A stretch of DNA of 64,000 bases from an uncultured delta proteobacterium (GCA_963794325.1 CAWCDG010000004.1:1447302-1511301), one strand, 5' to 3'; positions 37,170 to 46,798 are shown, counted from the stretch's first letter. Notes: a model not told the origin generated them from the sequence alone. A program made the numbers and translations.

Positions 37170-38550
37170 ATGAGTCACTCATCGGTAGGCGTGGGCGCGG
37201 ACGCCCGCGCGTCGACGGCGGGCACGGCGGCCCGCCCCACTATAAAAGTCAGGCTTCAGATAATTTTGTTCTTGTTCTCGCTGGCGGTGTTCCTGGCGGC
37301 GCCAGTCGTCGAGGTTTCCGATTCCCGATACACGGCTCTCCTGAGCGAGAGCTTGTTGCACCATCGGACGCCCAACCTGGACGAGCACTACAGGGTGCCG
37401 GTGCCGTGGATCACTGGAGACACTGCTGATCCTAAAGACGCGAACGAATACCAACTGGTCAAGGCGCGCGGCCACGTGACGTATTTCTTCGGGCACGGCA
37501 GCTCGATGCTGTCGATGCCGCTGGTAGCGGCGATGAACGCGGTCGGGATCTCGGCGGCGACGCAGGACGGACGCTTGAACCTGGCCGGTGAGATTCGAAT
37601 CCAGCGCGTGATCGCATCAGTCCTGATGGCGGCGCTGACCTGCGTTTTTTTCGCGATGGCGCAGATGATGCTGCCGCTGACCTGGAGTGCGGTGGTCGCG
37701 CTCGGCGCGTCGCTGGGATCGCAGATCTTGAGCACTGCGAGCTCGCGGCCTGTGGGCGCATACCTGGGAGATCTTCCTGGTCGGGTTGATAGCGCATTCG
37801 ATACTCAGCAGCGAGCATCGCGCCGCGCGACTCCGACCCGTGTGGCTGGCGACCCTGGTGGCATGGACCTACTACGTGCGGCCGACGGGAGCGATACCGA
37901 TAGTGCTCGTCAGCATTTACGTATTTTGGGTTCATCGCGAGGACTTGGTCGTGTCCGGCTGCGTACTCGCAGGATGGTTGGCGGCGTTTGTCGGATACTC
38001 GTGGACGATATTCGGCACGATCATTCCACCTTACTACTCAGCCTCGCGGCTGAAATTGTATGACCTGATAGTGCCGCTGGCCGGCAACCTGATTAGTCCA
38101 TCGCGAGGACTGCTGGTATATGTGCCGACCACGATCTTCGCGGTGTACCTGGCAGTGCGCTATCGCAAGGGTCTGGCGTACAAGCCGCTCGCAGTTCTGG
38201 CATTCGCCGAGATCATCGCGCTCGAGATCGTAATGTGCACTAACAAGGACTGGACGGGGGGATTTTGTTACGGGCCGCGATTTTTCACCGATGCAATCCC
38301 TTGGTTCGTGCTGCTTGCGATTCTCGGCCTGGATGCGATGCGCCGCGCGCCCGGCAGGTTGGGTCATCGGAGGGAAATTGTGGCGGCGATTTTCCTGCTG
38401 CTGGTGAGCGTCGCGATGAACGCGCGTGGTGCCTGGTCTTATGAAGCCCTCGATTGGAGTCTAGGCCCCTTCCATGCGCGTTCCCCCAGCATCTTCGACT
38501 GGCGCTATCCGCAATTCATGGCGGGACTGATCGAGCCGCCGAAGAACTGA
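37170..38550 (+). pseudogene. Polytopic membrane protein (possibly GT-C-like glycosyltransferase), apparent frameshift near 37732-37755
   Basis: ORF 36894..38063 is protein-like from MSHSSVG (ATG 37170) to ..GASLGSQILS, then degenerates. ORF 37786..38550 is hydrophobic and protein-like, and its frame is open from 37732 (ALRARGLWAHTWEIFLVGLIAHSIL). The function call is weak. Confidence 0.5.
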
Positions 38551-38559
38551 CCTCGGCGG

Positions 38560-39504
38560 TTACCGCGCGAAGGCTACCCTCAATGCGTCGGCGGCCTGGC
38601 GCTGGCCTTCTTTGCCTTTGTCGAGACCGTCGGCGAAGCTGACGAAGCCGTGGGTGACGCCTTCATAGCGGGTGCAGGTGGTTTTGACGCCGGCGGCTAT
38701 CAGGCGCTCGGCGAATCGCTCGCCCTCGTCGCGCAGCGGATCGTGGCTGGCGGTCAGCACGAGCGCGGGCGGCAGGTTCTTCAGATCCTTTGCGCGAAAC
38801 GGGCATGCGTAAGGATTATTTTTTTCAGCGCTCGTATCGCAATAATTTTTCCAGAACCATTCCATGTCGGCGCGTGACAGGACGTAACCGTCGGCGGCGA
38901 ATTCCTTTTGCGAAGGAGTGTCGAGCGCGCAATCGGTGACCGGATACATGAGCAACTGAAAGTTGATACCGGGACCGCCTCGATCGCGCGCCATCATCGA
39001 GACTACCGCCGCCAGGTTTCCACCGGCACTGTCGCCGCCGACTGCGAGGCGCGAGCCGTCCGCGCCGAGCGAGGCCGCATTTTCGGCAACCCACTTGGTC
39101 GCGGCGTAGCAATCTTCGGCGCCGGCCGGAAAAACGTGCTCCGGCGCGAGCCGGTAGTCGACCGACACGATGACGCATCCCGCCTGATTCGCAAGCGCGC
39201 GGCATACCCGGTCGTGGCTTTCGAGATCGCCGAGCACCCATCCGCCGCCGTGGAAATAAACCAGCACGCCCATCGGCGGATTTCCCTCGGGCGTATAAAC
39301 TCGCGCGGCGATATTACCGTCGGCACCCGTGATGTGCCGATCCTCGACGCGATAGATGGCAGGCGGCGGAATCGGATTCGCTTCGAGCAGCGCGCGCATC
39401 TTGGCCCGCGCCTGCTCGGCGGTCTCCGCGCGCAGGAACATCGGGCCCGCGGCATTGAACACATCGAGCATTATCTTCATCTGGGGATCGAGGTCTTTAG
39501 GCAT
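38560..39504 (-). CDS. Alpha/beta-fold esterase/lipase, hormone-sensitive-lipase (Aes-like) family
   Basis: Oxyanion motif YFHGGGWVLGD, nucleophile motif GGDSAGGNLA, C-terminal HGF. Confidence 0.85.
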   Translation of the reverse strand: MPKDLDPQMKIMLDVFNAAGPMFLRAETAEQARAKMRALLEANPIPPPAIYRVEDRHITGADGNIAARVYTPEGNPPMGVLVYFHGGGWVLGDLESHDRVCRALANQAGCVIVSVDYRLAPEHVFPAGAEDCYAATKWVAENAASLGADGSRLAVGGDSAGGNLAAVVSMMARDRGGPGINFQLLMYPVTDCALDTPSQKEFAADGYVLSRADMEWFWKNYCDTSAEKNNPYACPFRAKDLKNLPPALVLTASHDPLRDEGERFAERLIAAGVKTTCTRYEGVTHGFVSFADGLDKGKEGQRQAADALRVAFAR

Positions 39505-39570
39505 GCGAGATCATTAGGTGAGGAGAGTCGAAGAGGCAAGCGGTAACGCGGCGCGGGAATCGAATGCGAG

Positions 39571-39816
39571 GCTGCGCGCCCCGCGCCCGCGGCAGGGGTG
39601 ACCCCTGCACCCAGTATTCGGAAACGAAAGATGCGGGACTTCGTCCCTGTTAGAACTATTTCGGGAAGAACGATCGAGGTGCATCTGCGCCGCTGGACAC
39701 GAGCACGCTTCGCGTCCTCGCGCCCAAAACCTCCTAACAGGGCGTCAGCCCGCATCTTTTTCTTTCTTAATACTGGGTGCAGGGGTCACCCCTGCCGCGG
39801 GTGCGGGGCGCGCAGC
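39571..39816. mobile_element. MITE-like structure: two R1 copies in inverted orientation (about 86-nt imperfect arms, 74-nt centre)
   Basis: Left arm 39571-39656 is GCTGCGCGCCCCGCGCCCGCGGCAGGGGTGACCCCTGCACCCAGTATTCGGAAACGAAAGATGCGGGACTTCGTCCCTGTTAGAAC. The reverse complement of right arm 39731-39816 is GCTGCGCGCCCCGCACCCGCGGCAGGGGTGACCCCTGCACCCAGTATTAAGAAAGAAAAAGATGCGGGCTGACGCCCTGTTAGGAG. No ORF or transposase. Confidence 0.7.
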
Positions 39817-39824
39817 CCCGCATT

Positions 39825-40589
39825 TCAATTCTCGAATTTGTGGAAGTCGGCGCGCCAGTGGGCGCGGAACCAGGGATCGCCGTCGCGCGAGCCGAATACG
39901 TCGGCGCTCACCAGCATGTCATTGCCGGCGATACGACAGTCGAGATTGGTGATCTCGTCAACCGCAAAGGTCGGCGAGAAACCATCCATACGCGTTTTGT
40001 ACTCGTTGAAGTCCAACCGCGAGCGCATCGTGGCGTAGCCGCGCCCGTCGGTCGAGATTGGCACGACCTGGCCGCGCGGATTGATAATCTTGTCGCTCGG
40101 CTCGACGCCGGTTTCTGTGAACGTGAGCTTGAACGGTTGATTGCCAACGCGCTGGTAGCAGAGACGATAAGTCTTTGGCGTCCAGAAACCGATTTTATGT
40201 GCGCCCGGCTCGCTCCTGATCCAATCGAGCTGACTAACCTCTCCCTGCCAGCATCCGCGGAACACTGCGGGCAGGGCCGGCGCTGCCTGCGCCGTCATCG
40301 GCGCGACGTTCACCGGCGGCGGTGGCGGTGCCGCGGGTTGAGGTTGCGCCGGCGCGGGCTTGTTCCAATTCGGCAGCAGTTGAATCGTGTTGCCGCCATC
40401 ACCGTTCGACGGCGCCAACCTGATTAGCGGCGGCTGACTCGGTGGAATATACGGTTGATTCTGATTCGAAGGTGCCGGAACCTCCATCGTGCTTTGCGCG
40501 CGAACGGATCGCGTAGCAATCGAAGCCAGTCCGCATAGAAGGGTGCACAATATAAGGATACGGGTTCGCATCGAGCGGCTCAGTTCCAT
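39825..40589 (-). CDS. Secreted hypothetical protein with a Pro-rich linker
   Basis: Signal peptide MRTRILILCTLLCGLASIATRSVRA, then a Pro/Gln-rich segment and a ~150-aa globular C-terminus. No family recognised. Confidence 0.55.
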   Translation of the reverse strand: MELSRSMRTRILILCTLLCGLASIATRSVRAQSTMEVPAPSNQNQPYIPPSQPPLIRLAPSNGDGGNTIQLLPNWNKPAPAQPQPAAPPPPPVNVAPMTAQAAPALPAVFRGCWQGEVSQLDWIRSEPGAHKIGFWTPKTYRLCYQRVGNQPFKLTFTETGVEPSDKIINPRGQVVPISTDGRGYATMRSRLDFNEYKTRMDGFSPTFAVDEITNLDCRIAGNDMLVSADVFGSRDGDPWFRAHWRADFHKFEN

Positions 40590-40741
40590 TCTATTATATA
40601 CGAAGCATATTCAGTGCCGCTTCATTCGGCAGATCGATGCGTAGATTGACCCCGTCGCGACGGCTACGATCAGAAAAAGATCCAACGGAGCGCGGCAATA
40701 TTGCTCAAAAAATCCGCGCGCGACAACGGAGCGCGGCCTGA

Positions 40742-41449
40742 ATGCTTGAAAAGAATCAAACCATAGATTTCGAAGCGGCGTGGGCTGTCAGCCAAGCGCC
40801 CGCGACCGGACGGCGCGCCCAGGCGCATCGATTGGCCAACGCGATGCGGCGGGTTATCGACCATCTGGTGCAAGTTGCGGCGCCAGAAGAAGATCTGTCG
40901 GCTGCGGCCGACGCCCTCGAGCGCTACGCGAAACGGTTGTCGAAGTATCCGATTTCGCGCAGTTACGAGGGGTTTGCCGAAAGCGCCAACGCCGGCGATC
41001 CGCATGCGTTTTTCGATCACAGCCCGCTGATTGGAATCTCGAATCCGCTCGCGCCGCCGATTCGGCTCGCGGTGATCGGCGACAAGGTCGAAGGGCGCGG
41101 TACGTTCGGCGTCGCGTATGAAGGCCCGCCGGGACATGTGCACGGCGGGTTTCTCGCCGCCGCGTTCGACGAAGTGCTCGGGATGGCGCAGTCGCTGACC
41201 GGCAATCCCGGGATGACCGGGACGCTGACGATTCGCTACCGGCGCCCGACCCCGCTGCTGACCGAGCTGGTCTTCGAGGCATACGTCGATCGCGTCGAGG
41301 GCCGGAAGATCTTCACGCACGGAACATTGTCGGCCAACGGCGTGTTGACGGCGGAAGCCGAGGGACTGTTCATCGCAGTCGGGCAGGAGCGTTTCGCCGC
41401 GATGGCCGCGATGGTGACGGAGCGCGCGAACCCGCCGCCAAAAAAATAA
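40742..41449 (+). CDS. PaaI/hotdog-fold thioesterase family protein
   Basis: GPPGHVHGGFLAAAFDEVLGMA...GTLTIRYRRPTP...EAEGLFI is a typical hotdog thioesterase core. Confidence 0.7.
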   Translation: MLEKNQTIDFEAAWAVSQAPATGRRAQAHRLANAMRRVIDHLVQVAAPEEDLSAAADALERYAKRLSKYPISRSYEGFAESANAGDPHAFFDHSPLIGISNPLAPPIRLAVIGDKVEGRGTFGVAYEGPPGHVHGGFLAAAFDEVLGMAQSLTGNPGMTGTLTIRYRRPTPLLTELVFEAYVDRVEGRKIFTHGTLSANGVLTAEAEGLFIAVGQERFAAMAAMVTERANPPPKK

Positions 41450-41455
41450 GACCTT

Positions 41456-41588
41456 CTGCGCGGCAATACACTTTATTTAATGTGAAACCCGCGGTGGGTT
41501 TCACGTTTTTCACGTTCCTTCGGCAGGGGTGACCCCTGCACCCGGTGTAGTCGCGAAACGTTGAGGACAACCTTTCGCTCTGATGGTC
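41456..41588 (+). repeat. Intergenic repeat family R1, copy E (with AATGTGAAACCC..GGGTTTCAC module)
   Basis: CTGCGCGGCA-ATACACTTTATTTAATGTGAAACCCGCGGTGGGTTTCACG..TTCCTTCGGCAGGGGTGACCCCTGCACCCGGTGTAGTC-GCGAAA-CGTTGAGGACAACC-TTTCGC-TCTGATGGTC. Confidence 0.8.
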
Positions 41589-41942
41589 AGCTGTCTGCCT
41601 AAAAACCGTCCTGTTACAGTGTAAGTTATCAGGCCTTCGATTCGGGTAGTTCTTACGCGCGAAATCTGACGTGTTATCAGGCTTATTCCCGGACCACCCG
41701 GCGAGTCTGAACATTCTTCCAATCGATAGGGTTCCAGATTCGCGGTGGTCCGATTCGAAACCCGCTGAATCCAAGTACTTTTCATTTTCATTGTGGCAGC
41801 GCTCTTGCTGCATCACAGTCGCGCTTTCCACTTTGGCGATCGGTAGAGATCGCTAATCCTGCTGAGTGAACGCGTCGGCGATATCAGAGGCCCATTTTAT
41901 CGCCGTGATTTCATTTATTGGGTCAAAATGTGAGGTAACGAT

Positions 41943-42389
41943 ATGACTCTAACCCGCAAAGTATTGGCTGCAGGAGCCGTCGCGGCCTTCGTCGCGTTCC
42001 CGATTTCCGGGGCCTTCGCTCAGAGCTCGGGCTCGATGAACGACAGCGGATCAGCGGCCTCGGCGCCGCCATCGGAGGGCGCTCCCGCGGCTGAGAATGC
42101 TCAGCCGGCTCCGGCTGCTGCCCAGGTAGATGATGCGACCCTGCAGAAGGCGGCCAAGGCCTACGTGAAGGTCAAACAGATTGTGCATCAAACGAAGCAG
42201 GCGGAGTCGGCCAGCAATGGTGCTACACCTGATCAGTCGGCTGCGCAGTCAGAGAAAATTGCGGCGGTGAAGAATGAAGGCCTGGATCCTCAGCAGTACG
42301 ATCAGGTCATCCAGATGGTTCAGAACGATCCCGGGCTTCAGCAGAAATTCGCGAACTACGTGAATCAGAACGGCGGCGACACCGACTAA
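41943..42389 (+). CDS. Secreted DUF4168-like protein
   Basis: Signal peptide. VDDATLQKAAKAYVKVKQI...NEGLDPQQYDQVIQMVQNDPGLQQKF resembles the two-helix-repeat pattern of DUF4168. SD GAGGT lies upstream. Confidence 0.5.
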   Translation: MTLTRKVLAAGAVAAFVAFPISGAFAQSSGSMNDSGSAASAPPSEGAPAAENAQPAPAAAQVDDATLQKAAKAYVKVKQIVHQTKQAESASNGATPDQSAAQSEKIAAVKNEGLDPQQYDQVIQMVQNDPGLQQKFANYVNQNGGDTD

Positions 42390-42417
42390 AGTCGGAGCGC
42401 CGACCGCCCTCGCAGAC

Positions 42418-42449
42418 GACCTCTCCCGCAGGATCCTGCGGGAGAGGTC
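42418..42449. terminator. Perfect 32-nt palindrome 29 nt after the DUF4168 stop
   Basis: GACCTCTCCCGCAGGATCCTGCGGGAGAGGTC. Belongs to the CCTCTCCC..GGGAGAGG hairpin class. No T-tract, so the terminator role is inferred. Confidence 0.4.
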
Positions 42450-42472
42450 GAAGGCGGAACTATAAGAATAAT

Positions 42473-42560
42473 CGCCTGCGCGGCGAGCGGCAGGGGTGAC
42501 CCCTGCACCCAGTGTGAATCGCGAAATGTTGAGGACAACCTTTCGCTCTCAGGGTCGAGG
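42473..42560 (+). repeat. Intergenic repeat family R1, copy F
   Basis: CGCCTGCGCGGCGAGCGGCAGGGGTGACCCCTGCACCCAGTGTGAATC-GCGAAA-TGTTGAGGACAACC-TTTCGC-TCTCAGGGTCGAGG. Confidence 0.8.
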
Positions 42561-42823
42561 TGAGGAGGGCGAACATAAAGCTGTGATGTTCGGCTTTCAT
42601 CCATCAGGGTGCGCAGCGGATGATCAACTAACCCTTCGCACGCGAAGAGACCTTTGCATAACTGGTCGCCGCCTCTTCCCCTCTCCCATCGGGAGAGGAT
42701 TAAGCTGAGGGACCTTATACAGCGCGCTTTTTTGAGCGCGATTCAAGATTCTGTTGCTCCTCTAATTCTATCGACCGAGGTTACGCGAAGGTCTCAAGGG
42801 AAAGGAGAACCGGATCTTTCTCA

Positions 42824-44512
42824 TTAGTCAGGACGCACCAGTCCGGATAGACCGGCGAACAGGAGGGGCGTGATCGTCCAGCCGGCCAAAATGTGTAGCC
42901 ATAGGTAGTATCTTAACAGGCGGCTGGGGAGGGAGCTGGCGTCGGGGGACTGGTCGGTGCGGGTTACTCGGCCGGATACGACGTGGCGCGGGTTGGGGCG
43001 CCAGTATTTGTCCTGGTGCAATTCGACTACCGGCAGGAAATTTTCCAGGGAATAGATCAGCGGATGGAAGACCGGATAATGCGGCGGCGCTTCTCCGGTC
43101 GCGACGAACTCGCGATAGGCGGCCTCCTCGGTCGGCGTGATGACGCGCATCCGATAGCCCCATCCGAATAGAATCGTGCCGAGGCCGACGAAACCGCCAA
43201 TCCACCAGAGCGCGCGCAACGGCACGTAGCCGAAGCCGATCGTCGATTGCATCACCAGGCTCCACGCCCGCCGCGCGAGGCTCTCATGGCCGAGGCGGCG
43301 CTGCGCGATTTCCTTGGCGATACGCACCTGGATCGCGCCGTCGTCGCGGCCCATCTCGCTTAAGACTTTTGCCAGTTGGCGATATGGCTGCGGATGGTAT
43401 TCCGCCGGTTGCAACCCGAGCCATCGCAAGCGCGAGTCGCCGTCGCTGGGACCGCCGGCGATGTCGTTGTACACGAAACCGTTGACGATCAGATTGCCGG
43501 GTGCAGGCCAGCTCTCCTCGTCATCCCAAATTGCGCCGGCGTGCGCGTCCTCGAGGTCGAGCACGGTCTTGGGTGTATGCTTCACCTCAACCCAATAGAA
43601 CGTGCCGTCGATAGTCGCGCGCTCGGCATCGAGTTGTCCGTCGCCCTTGAACTCGACGCCGTGAAAGCTGAGGTCGTGGCCGATCTTTGCCAGCCGCGCG
43701 TACACTATGCCGTCGGTGGTGAAGCCGTCGTGAAACAGCACGTCGCCGCCGACGTTGGTTTCGATCAGGTCAACGGCGTCGTAGCCGGGATTGGAGATTC
43801 GGGCGCCGGACAAGTCCAGGGTCCCGTCGATTCGCGCGCGCATGAAGCTAACGGGCCCGAACTCGCCCATCAAAAACGACGCGTCGCCGTGGATGTTCGC
43901 GAGGTTGCCGAAGATCGCGCCGGTGCGCGAGCGCCGCACGGTTATGTCCTGCAGATGGGCGGATAGCAGGTTGATTCCGTCGGGGAGGTAGCATCGGATG
44001 AGCGTCAGTGGCTTGTCGACGGTGGCGTAGGAGAGATCGAGATTGCCGGCAATTCGCGCGCCCGCCAGAGCCAGTCCGCTGGGATGAACGAATCGCGACG
44101 CATTGGGATCGCTGAGCAGCCAAACGACCACTTCGGCGCGGACGGTGCGATCGATTCCCCAAGTCTCGCCGTGCGCGGTATCGTTGGTGGCGTTATCGGT
44201 ATCGTCGCTGGGGCCGAACCACGGCACGTCGCGCAACGGCGCCGCATGCAGAAGTTTTCGTTCTGCCGCGCTAATCGAAGCGCCGAATTTCTGCTGCGCC
44301 ATCGCATTCAGCGCGACTTCCGAACTATTTCCACTTGAATCGGCCACGCCGGCCGCGGCCGCGAAGGACGCCGATGCTGTGACGGTCAGTAATGCGATCA
44401 CGATCGCCGCTGCGGATACTTTTCGACTTATGAATATCAGTGGACGCAAAGCTTTGATGCCGCGCAAGCGCGGTCGGTCGCATCGGGGAATATCAGCGGC
44501 GAGCCGAAGCAT
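42824..44512 (-). CDS. Membrane protein with a beta-helix-like repeat ectodomain and C-terminal TM helices
   Basis: Repetitive L.L.GA.I.G.L.L segments (LAGARIAGNLDLSYATV, RIDGTLDLSGARISN, ATIDGTFYWVEV), the conserved LIVNGFVYNDI, and C-terminal TM helices. I chose the start at ATG 44512 because the ORF start at 44746 overlaps the upstream gene. Confidence 0.5.
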   Translation of the reverse strand: MLRLAADIPRCDRPRLRGIKALRPLIFISRKVSAAAIVIALLTVTASASFAAAAGVADSSGNSSEVALNAMAQQKFGASISAAERKLLHAAPLRDVPWFGPSDDTDNATNDTAHGETWGIDRTVRAEVVVWLLSDPNASRFVHPSGLALAGARIAGNLDLSYATVDKPLTLIRCYLPDGINLLSAHLQDITVRRSRTGAIFGNLANIHGDASFLMGEFGPVSFMRARIDGTLDLSGARISNPGYDAVDLIETNVGGDVLFHDGFTTDGIVYARLAKIGHDLSFHGVEFKGDGQLDAERATIDGTFYWVEVKHTPKTVLDLEDAHAGAIWDDEESWPAPGNLIVNGFVYNDIAGGPSDGDSRLRWLGLQPAEYHPQPYRQLAKVLSEMGRDDGAIQVRIAKEIAQRRLGHESLARRAWSLVMQSTIGFGYVPLRALWWIGGFVGLGTILFGWGYRMRVITPTEEAAYREFVATGEAPPHYPVFHPLIYSLENFLPVVELHQDKYWRPNPRHVVSGRVTRTDQSPDASSLPSRLLRYYLWLHILAGWTITPLLFAGLSGLVRPD

Positions 44513-44687
44513 GCAAGCAAAGGAGCGCTGCGCGATTTCAAAACCGGAACCGGCTCCGCTATGGCGAAGCTGTCCGAGATCCTTCCTGCCGCTCGCGTTG
44601 CTCGCTCTGTCAGGATGACAAACAAAGCGAAAAAAAGCCGCGCCGGGATTAACCGGCGCGGCCTTCGATTGTGATTGATCGGATTGT

Positions 44688-45356
44688 TTAACCCCTGCGT
44701 TTGCGATGGTGAAGGGGCGTAGGCTTCGGCGGTATCGGGGCACCAATTATCGCGTTATCGATGTCGAAGCAGAACAGCCCTTCGAACGGCCCGGAGTGGT
44801 CCTCATCGCCTATCCAGATCGACATGGGATTCTGCGTGATCGAGGACAGGTCGAGCCCGGTCGCCTCGACGTTCATGGTCCAGGCACCGCAACCCTCGCC
44901 TACGGGAGGCGTCAAGATCCGGACGATTCGCGCAGATACGGTTTCCGGCCCATTAAGCCCGAAGAACGTTCCGTAGTTGGACCCGTTGACGGTATGAGAA
45001 ACGAATGGCTCGATATCGTAGTCGAACGGGAAGATCGGGAGAAGAGGGGTATACACGCAAGTTCCGGGAAGGTCGCAGGGGCAACTCTGCTGGGCGAGGG
45101 CGACTTCGACGCCCGACGCGATCGGATCATCCTTGCCATCGTCGCAATCATAGTCGGGATAGTCACCGTTGTTGGTGAAGGTGATATTGAAATTCGTGAA
45201 GTCAGCGTTACCTCCAACATGGACAATCTGCACTCGCTCGGGCCCCAGAGTAATTTCCCCGTTTGGAGCCGGTTGTGCCGATGCCGCGCGCGGCAACAGA
45301 CATAGGGCCACTGCACCCAAAGAACCGATTATCAGACCTTGCAAAGAGAATTTCAT
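44688..45356 (-). CDS. Secreted Cys-rich hypothetical protein
   Basis: Start at ATG 45356, preceded by GGGAGGG. Signal peptide MKFSLQGLIIGSLGAVALCLLPRAASA. Basic C-terminal tail HHRKRRG. No family recognised. Confidence 0.5.
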   Translation of the reverse strand: MKFSLQGLIIGSLGAVALCLLPRAASAQPAPNGEITLGPERVQIVHVGGNADFTNFNITFTNNGDYPDYDCDDGKDDPIASGVEVALAQQSCPCDLPGTCVYTPLLPIFPFDYDIEPFVSHTVNGSNYGTFFGLNGPETVSARIVRILTPPVGEGCGAWTMNVEATGLDLSSITQNPMSIWIGDEDHSGPFEGLFCFDIDNAIIGAPIPPKPTPLHHRKRRG

Positions 45357-45620
45357 CGTCGACCCTCCCGGTTTGGGCTTGCCCTGCCCCTGATTGCGTA
45401 CGAGATACGGAGCCCCCGCCCCATTCGAGAGCCTCATATACCACGTTGCGTCGTCAAAGGGTAATTGCTCGACTCACATGCCGCTTTGTGAAGTTTGAAC
45501 GATCCTTGTCCATTTCGCAGACAATCCTGCGCACAACCTGTTCGTACGCGGGATGTTGAAACGCTCGAAATCGAAGACGACAATCATCCGAGTTTTTCAA
45601 CCTCCTGCCAGGAGCGTTCC

Positions 45621-46064
45621 GTGGAAGATTCACAGAGAGAGAGGCTGGCTGCGTTGCTGGCTGAGGTTCAGGTTGCGATTCTGGTAACGCAAGGTGAGCA
45701 GTGGCCGACGGCGACGATGCAGGCGTTCGCCGAGACGCCGGAGTTCGATTTGTTGTTCATCATGAACGACGCGACCGAGAAGTTTCAGAATCTGATCAAG
45801 CATCCGTACGTGACGGTGTTCCTCGATGCGCGAGATAAGGGGAAGGTCGAGACGTTCGAGATCTCGCGGGCGCTGATCCAGGGGATAGCCAGCGAAATCG
45901 CGCGCGACGGCGCCGAGTGGGAGTCGATGAAGGAGGTGTTCCTGAAGAAGAGTCCCTTCGAAGCGCCGTTCTTCAAGTATCCGACGCTACGCATGCTGCG
46001 CGTGCGCCCATCGCGGCTGTCGTACGCCGGTGCGGACCGAGTCACGTTCAAAGCGGAGTTCTGA
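45621..46064 (+). CDS. Pyridoxamine 5'-phosphate oxidase-like FMN-binding split-barrel protein
   Basis: ERLAALLAEVQVAILVTQGEQWPTATMQAFAETPEFDLLFIM...YVTVFLD...RMLRVRPSRLSYAG. GTG 45621 is preceded by AGGAG. The ORF-track start at 45495 adds an implausible leader. Confidence 0.55.
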   Translation: MEDSQRERLAALLAEVQVAILVTQGEQWPTATMQAFAETPEFDLLFIMNDATEKFQNLIKHPYVTVFLDARDKGKVETFEISRALIQGIASEIARDGAEWESMKEVFLKKSPFEAPFFKYPTLRMLRVRPSRLSYAGADRVTFKAEF

Positions 46065-46124
46065 GGAGAGACTGGTGCGACGACAGCGCGTCGCCGCACC
46101 TTTATCTGTTGGTCGCCTTGCGGG

Positions 46125-46676
46125 CTACTTCACGTCAACTTCCATGCGCATCCAGGGATGGATGCAGCACTGGAATAGATGCTTGCCCTTCGACAGGCCA
46201 GCGATATTGAGCGTGCTGCCTTGCAGGATCCGGGTCCTGGCCACTGCGACGTTGCCAAAGCCGCCACTGCATTCAGGAATAACGCTGGTAGCGCTGCCGG
46301 GGTTGAGCGGCGGCAGGAATCCGTTACCGAAGGCTTTCACCTCCGTAAAGGTGTGGGGCTCGCCGCCTTGGTCGACCACGGAAACGACGGTCCCCTCCTT
46401 GATCGCGAGTGTGTCCGGTTCGAAGTCCCAACCAGGATCGGGCATTCCAGCCTCCGCCCCTGCAAGTAGATTGGCCAGCATGGTGCTATATCCAAGCGTG
46501 ATGTTCTTGCAAAAGTCAGGGCCCAGTGCAGCATTGAACGTGGTCGGATCGCATTCGTCCAATGCCACAACTTGGGCGATGTCTGCCGAGTTTCCATTTC
46601 CTTGCGCCCTCACGCGAGGCGCGCCGGCCAGGATCACCCACCCAGCCAGAAGAATCAGCGTTGCTGCCTTTTTCAT
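46125..46676 (-). CDS. Secreted cupredoxin, paralogue of 12954..13493
   Basis: 183 aa, collinear with the first copy and with the same ligand motifs (GGEPHTFTE; FQCCIHPWMRMEVDVK). The last 20 residues differ at one position. Confidence 0.7.
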   Translation of the reverse strand: MKKAATLILLAGWVILAGAPRVRAQGNGNSADIAQVVALDECDPTTFNAALGPDFCKNITLGYSTMLANLLAGAEAGMPDPGWDFEPDTLAIKEGTVVSVVDQGGEPHTFTEVKAFGNGFLPPLNPGSATSVIPECSGGFGNVAVARTRILQGSTLNIAGLSKGKHLFQCCIHPWMRMEVDVK

Positions 46677-46760
46677 TACTCGTTCCTCCTTTTGAAGCGA
46701 ACCATTCGTTTATCGCCGCCCGTGTTCAGGCAGCCTGAGTCGCTAGCCAATGGACCGAGG

Positions 46761-46798
46761 CTGAACTTCTCTTGAACTCTGTCTGAACTCGTTGAACT
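46761..46798. promoter_or_regulatory. Four (C/T)TGAACT direct repeats upstream of cupredoxin-2
   Basis: CTGAACT 46761, TTGAACT 46772, CTGAACT 46783, TTGAACT 46792 (spacings 11, 11, 9). Preceded by a 38-nt block (46734-46771) identical to 13550-13587. Confidence 0.55.

Noticed and set aside
41623-41681. Two copies of GTTATCAGGC 49 bp apart upstream of the DUF4168 gene as a regulatory site
   Set aside because: There are only two 10-mers in an AT-richer 350-bp region, with no symmetry or phasing evidence. This could easily be chance.
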